Notes: generated by a model from the letters alone, not told the origin. A stretch of 64,000 nt of DNA from an uncultured Bdellovibrionales bacterium (GCA_964597355.1 CAZQWS010000005.1:903-64902), one strand, 5' to 3'; positions 26,764-37,385 are shown, counted from the stretch's first letter. Numbers and translations are program-made.

Positions 26764-26885
26764 GTGTGTTTGTGTTTAAGCTTGTGTTAGAATTATAACA
26801 CTAGCTTGTTCTCATCGCCTAGCAAACTGTCAAAGGCGGTAGCGAGGTAAGTTTCTTATTTTATGTAACACTTTTCCTCTCGGGT

Positions 26886-29111
26886 ATGGGTGAAAGTATA
26901 CAGGAACAATTGCGAGCGTTGAGTGGCCAAATACGCCGACCAGAGATCTCTGCAGAAGAGGCAATTTCTTCGGCTGAATCGCCGTCTCATGTGGTGGTAG
27001 GTAGTGTTGCTGGAGAGATGGTCCATGCTCGTGGAGGGGTTTTGATTAACCTTGAAGTTGAACGACAGAAGCGTTCTAGTGAAGTCGAAGTCGGGAAAGT
27101 AAATACAGTACACGGCAGTCCAGAGACTGAACTAGGAGTAGCAGATCAATTGCTTCGCAAAGGCGACATTTTTACTAATCCGGAGACAGGAGCCAGACAA
27201 ATCATCGAGGGAATCAGGAGAGAGGGTGCTACCAAGATGGTTTTGTTTACCAATGAACTCGAACCCGGCGTGCGTGCGGAACCAGGGGAAGTTATTCGTC
27301 AACTGCCGTTTGAGAACTTTGAGGTGCAGCGCAAAGCTGGAGGATTCATGGAATGGAAACCGGTTTACGAGCAAGAATTTGATGAGATTTTTGATACCTG
27401 TCAGGAAGCGTTTGAGGCTGTTAATGTTCTAGAATTACAGCGTACTAAAGAACACACACCCGAATCTTTGGAAGTAGTGACAAGAGTAGAAGAGTTGGCG
27501 GCTGATATTAGTGTTCTTGAAGAGATGTGGGACATAGCGAAAGGAATGGAGAATCAGAAAGCCGCGATTAAGGAAAAGCTTGACATTCTCGATCGCCTGA
27601 AAGAGACAGTGGCTCTGTTGCCGGAATCGCTGACTCAATCGTATGCTCTTCTTAAAAAAGTTCAGGATGAGTGGAAGCACGGACATAGGGATGATGAGGA
27701 AGAACCTATCGAGGATGGGGTGGTTGATAATAAACAGAAAACCAAAAAGGGATCAATCTGGAGGAACCATCGTGAAACTCTCCGCAAAGAAGATGGTGCC
27801 GGTAAGGGTCGTGTACGGGATATGGAAGGTTTGAATGTGGCAGTGAGTGGGGAGAAGGTGGCAGAGAAAACGAGGAGAGAAGCACGTCGAGGAGAAGTCC
27901 ATCAACCGATGATAGATTTTCATGCCTACCGAACAAGCACAGAGGAATTGGAAACCCTTTGGAGTGATGAAACTATCCCACTTGCAGCGTGGATTGATAC
28001 TATCCGACAAGAGCAGGCAGACCTCGCTGTGGTGATAAATGAACTGGAGCGCCTGGGTGGAATAGGGCGCTGGGAGGAAGCACTTGAGTCTCTTGGTGCT
28101 GGTTATCAGCAGCTTACCCTGAAAGCCGATCGTGAATCGGTGGCCCAATACTTGGATAATCTCGATACCATCTTTATCAAAAGGAAAACGATCAAAAAGA
28201 AGGATCAAATGGCTGAAGCAGAGAAAGCGACCAGAACACAACGATTCGTTGAAGAGAGGCCGAAATTGAAAGAAATATTGTTCAAATATTACGGTATTCT
28301 CCGAACGGGTGAAGCAGTCATTAATGAGTTACGCCAGGCAGCATTGCAAAGAAATGAGATAGAGGGAGAAGTTCCAGCTTCACCAAAAAGAAATGAGAGG
28401 AGGGAACAATCCCATGAAAGGATGCCAAACAACAACAAAATTCAGTCTATGCTTTTCGAAGCGAGGGTGCTTCTTGCTGATTGGAGTGAACTGCGTCAGA
28501 GCGTAGATCCAAAGAAAAGGACAGTCTTCGATCAGGCTGTAAAAAAACGTCTTGGGATTACTCGGTTACCGCAGTTTGACTTTCAAGTACGGTGGATAGA
28601 AACGCAGAGTGAGCGAGACGACTGGCGAACGTCGGAAGGGAGGGAAATGTTTGTGAAGCTGGATGACCAACTCAGGAAGTATGGGCTCATTGTGGCGGCC
28701 TGTCGACGCGAAGTTGGCAAGTTTAGGAAAAAATCAAAAAAACCTGGACGTCCTACCGCAACCGTTGGTTCGAGATCGCTTATCGTTGAGCAGGCTTCAA
28801 AGAGCATGGGTGAAGTCTGGGAGAATACGAATTCGAAGTTAAAGGAAGAGCTTTTGACTGGATTGCAAGCATTGGAAACTCAAAAAAATGAAGATGCTGA
28901 ATCTGCATTCGAAATTTTGAAAGATTCCGGTATACCTCCTGAAGATCAAGGAACGGTTGTGATACAAACGCTGGCACCGGCATTTAATGAAGAAGTAAAG
29001 AGGATGCTCAGGTATGTCAATATACAGCTGCCACCTGCTGAGATGGCTGAATTTACCCAAGGCTTACTCAGTGTTAATCCAACAAAGGAAAACGATGATG
29101 TCGGAAAATAA
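26886..29111 (+). CDS. hypothetical protein, 741 aa, highly charged / coiled-coil
   Basis: No recognisable catalytic motif; E/K/R-rich heptad-like segments. Confidence 0.5.
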   Translation: MGESIQEQLRALSGQIRRPEISAEEAISSAESPSHVVVGSVAGEMVHARGGVLINLEVERQKRSSEVEVGKVNTVHGSPETELGVADQLLRKGDIFTNPETGARQIIEGIRREGATKMVLFTNELEPGVRAEPGEVIRQLPFENFEVQRKAGGFMEWKPVYEQEFDEIFDTCQEAFEAVNVLELQRTKEHTPESLEVVTRVEELAADISVLEEMWDIAKGMENQKAAIKEKLDILDRLKETVALLPESLTQSYALLKKVQDEWKHGHRDDEEEPIEDGVVDNKQKTKKGSIWRNHRETLRKEDGAGKGRVRDMEGLNVAVSGEKVAEKTRREARRGEVHQPMIDFHAYRTSTEELETLWSDETIPLAAWIDTIRQEQADLAVVINELERLGGIGRWEEALESLGAGYQQLTLKADRESVAQYLDNLDTIFIKRKTIKKKDQMAEAEKATRTQRFVEERPKLKEILFKYYGILRTGEAVINELRQAALQRNEIEGEVPASPKRNERREQSHERMPNNNKIQSMLFEARVLLADWSELRQSVDPKKRTVFDQAVKKRLGITRLPQFDFQVRWIETQSERDDWRTSEGREMFVKLDDQLRKYGLIVAACRREVGKFRKKSKKPGRPTATVGSRSLIVEQASKSMGEVWENTNSKLKEELLTGLQALETQKNEDAESAFEILKDSGIPPEDQGTVVIQTLAPAFNEEVKRMLRYVNIQLPPAEMAEFTQGLLSVNPTKENDDVGK

Positions 29112-30741
29112 ACCAGGACTCACACCAGAGCTCCAGGCCAAACTCAGTGCTCTGGCAGCCAAAAGTAAAGAGGGTTTCCGTCAGATCGCGGACGACACTA
29201 TGCAACGCATGGATGCAGCTCGAGTGGCTACGGAAGAAACAGCTACCCCGCCCCGTGTTCAGGGGGAGGAGTCAGGACTACCTAGCTCCGATGATCCAAT
29301 AACTGTAGGTCAGTCTGGAGAAAGGGCAGATCAGAATGATCATCACAGGATAGAAGATACAGTGATCTTCTCAGAGGTGAATCGGGATAATCTGGAAAAA
29401 GATATTCGAGAGAAAACGGATTATCGCGGCAAGTTGCTAGCAGTAAGAAAGAGTCTTGGTGCTTTAGGTGGTATTTGTCGTGAAATCAGCGATCGGAAAG
29501 GTTGGTCCATATTGGTGGAAGTGGTAAAGGATTTGCCTGAAAAGAACCTTATTGACCAAGTTTATTGGAAGAAAAAGTTCGGCTGGACAGATAAACAGTT
29601 GGATGCGTTGAATGCTAATAAACAGGATGAAGTTGTATCAGCCAAGGAGTTAGAATATCTCTTTCTCTCGTTGCATGATTTGTTAGCTGCGAGTCAGCGA
29701 GTGTTGTTTGAATTACGCCAATCCCAGAAAACAAGACAAGATATCGATGGTGATAAAGAAGTGCTTACGCGACGGGTATCGTTTGCAGAGAGACTAAAGC
29801 GTGTTTATACTCTTGCTGAGGAGTGGGAAAAACTTATGATTCAGTTTGGTCAGGAGCCGAATCGATTTTATGAGGCAGTGGGCATAGAACTTAATCAGAA
29901 ACGTATTCTGAATGTGAAACACTTTGTTGATGAATTGGAAGAGCAAGGCAAACAACATGATTGGAAGGGAGAGGCATCAAAAGGGGATAAGACGGACGCG
30001 GTGAAAAAACTGAGCTATCTGGAAGTGCAAGTGGCTGCGGCGAGAGCAGTTATTGGAAAACTGAAGCAACAGTTACCTAAGGAGGATCAAAAAACGCCAG
30101 TCTCCTCTCCTGTTGCCACAGAACCCGCCGTGTCCTCGTCCCCTGATGCTATTCCCCCCACTCCCTTTGTTGTACCAGAACCAATTACAGCCCAACCGAG
30201 AAATGCTGCTTCACCAGACAAACCGCATCTTTCTCATCTTGATATCGAAAATGGGTTATTGAATCTCAAACAGCACGACAAAGAACTCTGGTACCGAGGA
30301 CCATCGGGTGAGTGGTTTATCGTTCGTCCGACACGTAATCAAGATGTGTTTGAACTCTGGCAACCAGGTGACATGATGAGTCGCCATCATTATCGTGAGC
30401 TGGCAAGTTGGCTGTATGCTAGAAATGTCACTTTTGCTGGGAAGAAAAAACAACCAGAAAACATGGCTGATCCATCGAAAGAGGAACGGCGTGAAGCGCA
30501 AAAGCAACTTAAGAGAATACTAGAGCATAAACTCACTTTGTTTGCTGAGCGTATGGACACACATCTGCGTCAGGAAAATCCGAGCTTGAGTTACGCAAAG
30601 CGTCGGGGGCGTATTTTGTCCCAACTACCAGAGTTCGCCGAGCAGGTGATTGAGCATTTCGGAAAAGGATTGACTTTGTCGAGCTCGGAACAAGAGGCTA
30701 TGATAGAGGAAAATACAGCGTCAATAAAAATACAAAGATAA
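29095..30741 (+). CDS. hypothetical protein, ~548 aa, coiled-coil with Pro/Ser-rich linker
   Basis: ATG 29095 with AAGGA SD (overlaps upstream stop by 17 nt); 'PVSSPVATEPAVSSSPDAIPPTPFVVPEP' linker. Confidence 0.5.
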   Translation: MMSENKPGLTPELQAKLSALAAKSKEGFRQIADDTMQRMDAARVATEETATPPRVQGEESGLPSSDDPITVGQSGERADQNDHHRIEDTVIFSEVNRDNLEKDIREKTDYRGKLLAVRKSLGALGGICREISDRKGWSILVEVVKDLPEKNLIDQVYWKKKFGWTDKQLDALNANKQDEVVSAKELEYLFLSLHDLLAASQRVLFELRQSQKTRQDIDGDKEVLTRRVSFAERLKRVYTLAEEWEKLMIQFGQEPNRFYEAVGIELNQKRILNVKHFVDELEEQGKQHDWKGEASKGDKTDAVKKLSYLEVQVAAARAVIGKLKQQLPKEDQKTPVSSPVATEPAVSSSPDAIPPTPFVVPEPITAQPRNAASPDKPHLSHLDIENGLLNLKQHDKELWYRGPSGEWFIVRPTRNQDVFELWQPGDMMSRHHYRELASWLYARNVTFAGKKKQPENMADPSKEERREAQKQLKRILEHKLTLFAERMDTHLRQENPSLSYAKRRGRILSQLPEFAEQVIEHFGKGLTLSSSEQEAMIEENTASIKIQR

Positions 30742-30749
30742 GAGTCGTT

Positions 30750-33700
30750 ATGCCAGAGAATGGAGATGAAATTTTTAAGAGGGATCAGATCGCAGCAAGA
30801 AAAATTGCTGAGGAGCTTTTGGGTGATGCTCCAACAGTGGGGGATGTTCAGGCTGTACACACTCCTCAGACATCAGATATGTCCGCAGATCCAACGTTGA
30901 CCACGGCTTCAATCGATGCTCAGAGACCATTGAGACGGAAAACAAACAGAGGCTCGGGTGTTGGTCCAAAAGCTCAACAAACTCGAGTTAGGCAACCTTC
31001 TTCGAATGCTTCTGTAACGGCTAGCGCTTCTACTCCCGTATCGCCATCTAAACTAGAACCGGTACTTCCTGTTGCACCTGCTCCGGCTATCATGTCGCAC
31101 CCCGAACCAATTCCAGCGCCCACTCCAACCTCTGGACCAGAACCGAATATTCCGGATGCCATTGTGGATACATCCGAGAAGAAAGGTTGGACCACAGAGC
31201 GACTCTTGGATGAAATTTCTGATGGAGGGGTGTTTGTGTTGGTGAGTTCCGACAAGGGAACGAGGGCGATGTATCGTCGGAAGGGAGATGATTTCTTTTT
31301 GGTGGGTAAAACTAAAGAAAGCCAAGTTCCAGCCGAGAGGATCATCGGATTACTCAGTAATGCTGGCAAGTGGGATATAGATCTGATCGGAGATCACTCA
31401 AAAGAGCTGCCGATTTTGAATGATGTGGTTACGCCTGGGAATACTGATAACCAACGGGAAGGATTAGCGGGAGCAGACTTTGTTTTGGAATTACCTACTG
31501 AGGGGGAAACATTTTTCTATCGAGATAAAGATGGGGTGGAGTTTGGGGTTAGTTTGGCAGCTACCGGAGACTTTGTTTTAGTCGTAGTCAATACGGGTAA
31601 GGAGCGCCTAGTCGATGAGGTCAAACTTCAGGCTTTGGCCGAAAAAAATGAATGGCAACGGTTTGAACGCGCGCAGCCATCAGAAACAGCGATAGAACGA
31701 GTTGTTCCTGAAGAAGAGTTACGTAAAGCAGCGGAGGTCGTGGGCCAAACGAGGACAGATTTTGTGCGAGTTGAGAGTGAACAGAAGGGTGCTCTTGAAC
31801 GATTGAGCCGTATATTTCGCAGCTTGCGAGGCAAAGAAGAATTGAATCCAGAAATTCGTCAGTACTGGGAGGCGTATGAAAGCGCGCTGGTTGTGTGGCA
31901 AAGTTTGAAGATTGAACAATTGAAGCAAAGCGACCTTCCCCCAGAACTTTTAAAGAAGGAGATTGCTGGATTAATTCGTGAGTCAGAGTTTGACGAGGCG
32001 GAACGACTGGATGATGCCAAACGGGAATTACGACTCAAAGCACAGAAACCACTATTTGAAAAAGCTAAAACATTATGGAGAAGTACGCTGCATAATGAAT
32101 TTGATGGGGAGAATCCTGGAGGCAAACAGTGGCGGGATTGGCCTATGGTGATGATAGGAGGGACTGCCCTTGCTGGGGAAGCGCTGTATCGAGGTGTCAA
32201 AGCAACAGGAGAAGGCTACAACAAGCTCATGCGAACCAAGGGAGGGAAGATAACCATGATGGCGGCTGGTGGAGCAGCTCTTGGGACAGCGATACTTTTC
32301 TCGGGTGGAGCGGCGGCCAGTATGGCCGTGGTGATGCTCGGGGCCAAGCGAGCGGTAGCAGGAGCCGGTCTAGCGGTAGCAGCTGAGGGAGTTCTGGACT
32401 TTGGGGCGGCTCAGCTTAGGAAGCGGCGGGCCAATAAACAGGGACAGGAATTTATTGAAGACTCTCTCGAAAGTATAGAGGGACAAATAATTGAAGACCA
32501 GATTAATCTTGGTGATCAGGCGTCCGAGCGTGATGTTACGGAAGAAATATTGAAAAAGTTGGAGACCTACCTTAAGGAAGACGTAAACAAGCGAGCGTAC
32601 CAGGAATTCTACAAACGAAGAGTGGGCCATAGAGGCCGGAAGAGCTTGGCTATTTTGGCTGGAGCTGTTCTTGGATCGGGAGCGGCACAGATGCTTTTCC
32701 CAGATAACACAGGGGCAGCGGGGAGAATGTCCGGTTTCCTATTGGGTGAGTCGAGTGCTGTAGCGGCGGGGGATGCTTCGGGAGTGCCTACTCAGAAATT
32801 TCAGTTTCTGGCACGGCAAATTGAAGAAGCGAATAACCCAGGCAATCAAAGCAGTAGTGGTTCAATCACGCCTCCATTTACAGCAGGAAGACACTTGATT
32901 CCAGTTCAGGGTGTGGTTATCGAGAATGGGAAAAATTTGGCTAGTAATGGACTGTTTGGCGAGCGGACGATAGTGCAAGGAGATACGCTTTGGAAGTATG
33001 CAGTTGAGGGAGGAAAGGCGGTTGGGTTGGAATCAGATCAACAAAACCGTTTTGCGAGTCTCGTCCGTGAAAAAATCAACGAGAAACTTGCCAGCATAAA
33101 CCTGGATGACGCCAAGGCAGCTGGCTTTGTGCCAAATAAAGATGGAGTACTGACTGCTGATTATATTCGTGCTGGAGAGAAGCTTGATCTTGGGAAAATT
33201 TTGAGTGCCGATGAAATAAAAGCCTTGGCAGAAGAAGTGAAGTCAGTTCCAGAAACCACCACATCAACTCCTCCTGGAGGAGTGGTTAAGATTTCGGAAT
33301 CAACAGAACCGAGAGTTGCTGCAGCCATCGCGGAGGCTCCACGAGAAGCTGGAACATCACCGACAGATGTGGCAGAGGTTACGCTTAGTACTGCCTCGCC
33401 AACACCAAGTCTCCAGGAGCTTGCTACCAGTAACAAGGGAGTGACGGAATACATCAAAGGATTACCACAAGCTGAACAGGTGGAGGTATTCCGTACCATG
33501 CGCCGCACTGTACGTGATCTTTTCAATACACCGGAAATTTCTATCTATGGAAATTACGACATGAACTATGATTTGAGTGAACACCCTGAAATGGCCAGGG
33601 TCTCTCTCGCACAGGTTTTGGAGGATCATAAGACGCTCAGTAGTCGGGCTTTCTATATGTATAATCGATCTCTCAATCCACTGCACTGGACGCAGATGCA

Positions 33701-33857
33701 AGAGCTAGTGAAGTTTTCCGAAGGAACCGCCAAGATATTGGGCGAAAAGCTAGCTACACCTTTTGAGCGTGAGACTATCGAACAGTACGTGCTTCGTATG
33801 GCTGTGATAGCCAAAGAAACAAATAAAGTATTGCCAGGCCTCCATATGCTAAAATAA
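30750..33857 (+). CDS. hypothetical large protein, 1035 aa (Pro-rich N-terminus, coiled-coil, Gly/Ala-rich membrane segments)
   Basis: Hydrophobic Gly-zipper-like segments 'MMAAGGAALGTAILFSGGAAASMAVVMLGAKRAVAGAGLAVAAEG' and 'LAILAGAVLGSGAAQMLF'. Confidence 0.5.
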   Translation: MPENGDEIFKRDQIAARKIAEELLGDAPTVGDVQAVHTPQTSDMSADPTLTTASIDAQRPLRRKTNRGSGVGPKAQQTRVRQPSSNASVTASASTPVSPSKLEPVLPVAPAPAIMSHPEPIPAPTPTSGPEPNIPDAIVDTSEKKGWTTERLLDEISDGGVFVLVSSDKGTRAMYRRKGDDFFLVGKTKESQVPAERIIGLLSNAGKWDIDLIGDHSKELPILNDVVTPGNTDNQREGLAGADFVLELPTEGETFFYRDKDGVEFGVSLAATGDFVLVVVNTGKERLVDEVKLQALAEKNEWQRFERAQPSETAIERVVPEEELRKAAEVVGQTRTDFVRVESEQKGALERLSRIFRSLRGKEELNPEIRQYWEAYESALVVWQSLKIEQLKQSDLPPELLKKEIAGLIRESEFDEAERLDDAKRELRLKAQKPLFEKAKTLWRSTLHNEFDGENPGGKQWRDWPMVMIGGTALAGEALYRGVKATGEGYNKLMRTKGGKITMMAAGGAALGTAILFSGGAAASMAVVMLGAKRAVAGAGLAVAAEGVLDFGAAQLRKRRANKQGQEFIEDSLESIEGQIIEDQINLGDQASERDVTEEILKKLETYLKEDVNKRAYQEFYKRRVGHRGRKSLAILAGAVLGSGAAQMLFPDNTGAAGRMSGFLLGESSAVAAGDASGVPTQKFQFLARQIEEANNPGNQSSSGSITPPFTAGRHLIPVQGVVIENGKNLASNGLFGERTIVQGDTLWKYAVEGGKAVGLESDQQNRFASLVREKINEKLASINLDDAKAAGFVPNKDGVLTADYIRAGEKLDLGKILSADEIKALAEEVKSVPETTTSTPPGGVVKISESTEPRVAAAIAEAPREAGTSPTDVAEVTLSTASPTPSLQELATSNKGVTEYIKGLPQAEQVEVFRTMRRTVRDLFNTPEISIYGNYDMNYDLSEHPEMARVSLAQVLEDHKTLSSRAFYMYNRSLNPLHWTQMQELVKFSEGTAKILGEKLATPFERETIEQYVLRMAVIAKETNKVLPGLHMLK

Positions 33858-33873
33858 ACTTAGCTACAAAACT

Positions 33874-34185
33874 ATGAACACTATCGATTACACGCAGCTC
33901 AAAAAAGATTTGATCGAAGAATTGGCTTTGTCGGGACTGACTCCAGAAAAGCAGGACGAACTCTTGGGGAAAATGCTTGAGGCATTGCTCAAGCGGATTT
34001 TTATGAATACGATGGAGCGACTCGGGGAAACTGGAGTAGATGAATATGAAAAGCTCATTGAGAGTAATCCTGAGGAAAAAGCCGTAGCAGAGTTTCTCGA
34101 AGCCAAAATTCCTGATTACAATGCATTTGTGCAAGGAGTGATCGATCAGTTCAAAAAAGACATCAAGGCTGTAGCAGCCGCTTGA
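33874..34185 (+). CDS. hypothetical small acidic protein (103 aa)
   Basis: ORF with SD, immediately after the 1035-aa gene. Confidence 0.4.
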   Translation: MNTIDYTQLKKDLIEELALSGLTPEKQDELLGKMLEALLKRIFMNTMERLGETGVDEYEKLIESNPEEKAVAEFLEAKIPDYNAFVQGVIDQFKKDIKAVAAA

Positions 34186-34214
34186 ATGTTTAATAACTGA
34201 TTGTTAATTGTTGA

Positions 34215-34634
34215 TTGAAATGTATGTCTGAGGAAATACTGGAACCAAGAGGAGAAAGTGTGCCGGTAGCGGGAGGGGACAAGCCAGAAAGTGTGCCTGG
34301 AACCCTTCCTACTCCGGAAAAAGAAACTGGGAATGAAGGAGTAACCGAACGAGCGAGCGAACAGTATAGTAAAATCCTCTCTCAAGTACAGCCAGGGAGT
34401 GCCAATACTAGTGATGATGAGGTAGAAGGGGATGCCAACACAGTAGGCGCTCTCGAAGAGGCTGAGAAGAAAGCACATGCTCTCGTCGAGTTGGCTCAGG
34501 TAAAAGGGGTGGCACATGCAGTACGCGTAGCCAAGCGCATGAATGATCTCTATGTGCTTGACACCATGCACGATGAGTTAGCTGATAAACTGTATGACGG
34601 ATTGGTATCCAAGGGATTGATTGTGAAGGAATAG
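34215..34634 (+). CDS. hypothetical small acidic protein (139 aa)
   Basis: ORF in the same orientation within the cluster. Confidence 0.4.
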   Translation: MKCMSEEILEPRGESVPVAGGDKPESVPGTLPTPEKETGNEGVTERASEQYSKILSQVQPGSANTSDDEVEGDANTVGALEEAEKKAHALVELAQVKGVAHAVRVAKRMNDLYVLDTMHDELADKLYDGLVSKGLIVKE

Positions 34635-34767
34635 AGAACCCAGAAGGAGTCAGAAAGACTGAATAAATAGTCAGAAGCATTTTATTCTTTCTGAAGCAGA
34701 ATAGTTTCGCGGTCGAACAAAAGTTTTTCTTCCTGTATCATACAGTTGTGAAAAAAGAAAAATAAAT

Positions 34768-37278
34768 ATGGAAACGAGTGGGGGATGGGATTTGAACGTT
34801 GTTTTGGTGCCGCTTGCCTTTTTCTCGGGAGGGCTTGCTTTGGTTATGGGGCTCGTCTTGATTGTCCGGAGTTTTTTCCTTATGCGCTTTGAAGTGGCTC
34901 AATCACTCAATACTGATCTCGAGGTGGTGAAAGTGAGTCGGGTCAAAACTGATGAAACGAAGCCAAAAGGAGGAGAGGAATGGCGAGAAGAGATTAAGGG
35001 GATGGAGCAACTACTAACCTCTTTGGCTAATCTCAAGCGCAATGTTCCGTGGTGGCAAAAACTCCTCTTTACCTTGCCGCATCTTATTTTTGAAATCGCC
35101 AACCCCTCGTCCAGTGAGGAAATATTTTTTTACCTTTCAATTCCTAAGCGATTCAGAGAGAGTGTCGAGAAACAGATTCATAGTTTTTTCCCGCATGCCG
35201 TGATCGAAAAAGTACCTGAGTACACTATTTTCTCTCCAGCTGGGGAAACTGCCGTGTCGACGCTTCGGCTCAAAGAAAGTGCCGCTTTGCCACTAAAGAC
35301 CTACAAGACGCTCTCAGTTGACCCTCTGAATGAAATATCGAATGCGCTTTCTAAGCTCGAAACGGTGGCTGAGGGAGCTGCGATTCAGATTGTCCTTGCA
35401 CCTGCCCCAGCAGGTTGGCGTAAAACCAGTCGTTATATCGCTGAGAAGATGCAGGAGGGAAAACGCCTCAAAGACGCACGACCTGAATCAATAGCGGGAA
35501 AATTAGGAAAAGATGTATTAAAGAATACTGGTCGGGCGCTGTTGCAACAGAATCTTGGAAGCAAGCAGGAGGAAGAAAAAGTAGTGGCACTTACTCCTGA
35601 GGAACAGGAGCTAGTCAAAATAATTGATGCCAAAGGAAGTCAGGCAGCCTTTTCAGCTAATATCCGTTTGCTAGCTTCCGCCAAAACCAAAGAACGAGCC
35701 GAAGATATCTTGGCGCATATGGAGAATGCGTTTAGTCAGTTTGAAAACCCTGAAATCAATGCCTTTCGAGTCCAGCGCAAGCATCGAGACAAACAAACAG
35801 CCTATCACTATATCTTTCGTAATTTTGACCCAGAAGCGAGTATCCTCCTTTCGGTGGATGAACTCGCTAGTATCTTTCATTTCCCTATTTCGACGACCGA
35901 AACTCCCAAAATAAAATGGCTGAAAGCTGGAAGTGCTCCGCCCCCAGTCAATATTCCAAAAGATGGGATCCTCTTGGGCTATAACGAATACCGTGGAGTC
36001 AAATCTGAAGTACGGATTACTGAGAGTGACCGTCGTCGTCATATGTATGTAGTTGGGCAAACCGGTGTCGGTAAATCGAACTATCTCCAAGAAATGGCTA
36101 AGAAGGATGCCAAGAGCGGCAAGGGATTTTGCTTTATTGACCCTCATGGGGATGCGATCGAGGATATCTTGACCGCCATCCCCAAGGAGCGAGCTGAGGA
36201 TGTGATTGTCTTTGATCCGAGTGACACCGAACGGCCGATGGGTATCAACATGCTCGAATACGATTCTAAACATCCAGAACAAAAGACTTTCGTCATCAAC
36301 GAAATGATCGGCATCTTTGATCAACTTTATGATATGAAGACCACCGGAGGGCCGATGTTCGAACAGTATATGCGTAACGCCATGCTGCTTATCATGGAAG
36401 ATCCTGAAAGCGGCTCGACCCTAATGGAAATCCCCAAGGTCTTGGCGGATGAAGAATTCCGGCGCTACAAACTGACCAAGTGTACGAACCCGATCGTGCG
36501 GGATTTCTGGCTCAAGGAGGCGGAGAAGGCGGGTGGGGAAGCAGCACTCGCCAATATGGTACCGTACATTACTTCCAAGTTGACGGCGTTTATCAGTAAC
36601 GACATGATGCGGCCGATTATCGCGCAGCAAAAGAGCACGCTCAACTTTCGTGAAATCATGGACGGCGGTAAAATTGTTCTCATTAATCTTTCCAAGGGGA
36701 AAATCGGGGAAATCAATGCCCGACTTTTGGGGATGGTGATCGTGGGAAAAATCCTCATGGCAGCCCTCTCACGGGTTGATATACCAGAAGCAGAGCGTAA
36801 GGATTTCTACCTCTATCTGGATGAATTCCACAATGTTACGACGACCTCAATCGCTCAGATTCTTTCCGAAGCCAGAAAATATCGGCTCGTCCTTATCCTT
36901 GCGCATCAGTTTATTGCTCAGCTTAAGGAAGAAATTTCAAAGGCAGTGTTTGGTAATGTTGGATCGCTGACGGCGTTTCGCGTCGGACCGGAAGATGCGG
37001 AATTTCTTGAAAAACAATTCGCCCCGGTCTTCACCGCCCAAGATATCGTCAATGTTGATAACTATCAGTGTTTCGTTCGTCTCCTCATGAATAATGAACT
37101 CACTAAGCCTTTCAACATGAAAACCTATCCGCCAACGATCGGGGATCAGGAAGTAGCTAATGCTTTGAAAGAACTTTCACGTCTCCGTTTTGGTCGCGAT
37201 GCCACTATCGTGAATCGGGAAATCATGACTCGTATCCGTATGGCTGAAGCCACAAAACCTACACACTCACCTTTGTAG
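34768..37278 (+). CDS. TraD/TraG/VirD4-family type IV secretion coupling protein-like P-loop ATPase (N-terminal TM)
   Basis: N-terminal TM 'VVLVPLAFFSGGLALVMGLVLIV'; Walker A 'YVVGQTGVGKSNYL' followed by 'FIDPHGDA' (coupling-protein IDPKGD-like), Walker B 'LYLDEFHNV', C-terminal 'ARKYRLVLILAHQFIAQL' (TraG-D_C-like RKYG..Q..QL). Confidence 0.65.
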   Translation: METSGGWDLNVVLVPLAFFSGGLALVMGLVLIVRSFFLMRFEVAQSLNTDLEVVKVSRVKTDETKPKGGEEWREEIKGMEQLLTSLANLKRNVPWWQKLLFTLPHLIFEIANPSSSEEIFFYLSIPKRFRESVEKQIHSFFPHAVIEKVPEYTIFSPAGETAVSTLRLKESAALPLKTYKTLSVDPLNEISNALSKLETVAEGAAIQIVLAPAPAGWRKTSRYIAEKMQEGKRLKDARPESIAGKLGKDVLKNTGRALLQQNLGSKQEEEKVVALTPEEQELVKIIDAKGSQAAFSANIRLLASAKTKERAEDILAHMENAFSQFENPEINAFRVQRKHRDKQTAYHYIFRNFDPEASILLSVDELASIFHFPISTTETPKIKWLKAGSAPPPVNIPKDGILLGYNEYRGVKSEVRITESDRRRHMYVVGQTGVGKSNYLQEMAKKDAKSGKGFCFIDPHGDAIEDILTAIPKERAEDVIVFDPSDTERPMGINMLEYDSKHPEQKTFVINEMIGIFDQLYDMKTTGGPMFEQYMRNAMLLIMEDPESGSTLMEIPKVLADEEFRRYKLTKCTNPIVRDFWLKEAEKAGGEAALANMVPYITSKLTAFISNDMMRPIIAQQKSTLNFREIMDGGKIVLINLSKGKIGEINARLLGMVIVGKILMAALSRVDIPEAERKDFYLYLDEFHNVTTTSIAQILSEARKYRLVLILAHQFIAQLKEEISKAVFGNVGSLTAFRVGPEDAEFLEKQFAPVFTAQDIVNVDNYQCFVRLLMNNELTKPFNMKTYPPTIGDQEVANALKELSRLRFGRDATIVNREIMTRIRMAEATKPTHSPL

Positions 37279-37301
37279 GACTGCTACGATCTTCCTTGTA
37301 T

Positions 37302-37327
37302 AAATAAGGCTTATGCAAGCCTTATTT
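37302..37327. other. perfect 11-bp stem hairpin aaataaggctt-atgc-aagccttattt after the ATPase gene
   Basis: Exact inverted repeat; no downstream T-run, so terminator function uncertain. Confidence 0.5.
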
Positions 37328-37331
37328 AGTA

Positions 37332-37360
37332 TAGACAAATATAAAGAAATAGTGTAGAAT
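37332..37360 (+). promoter_or_regulatory. promoter (-35 TAGACA, 17 nt, extended -10 TGTAGAAT) homologous to the DGR target-1 promoter
   Basis: ~70% identity to 12291-12360 including downstream leader core. Confidence 0.55.
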
Positions 37361-37385
37361 ATAACGTCGTAACTTAATAAGTATT

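Noticed and set aside
37302-37327. Rho-independent terminator for the VirD4-like gene
   Set aside because: It is a perfect 11-bp stem but there is no T-run on either side. It is kept as a structural element only.
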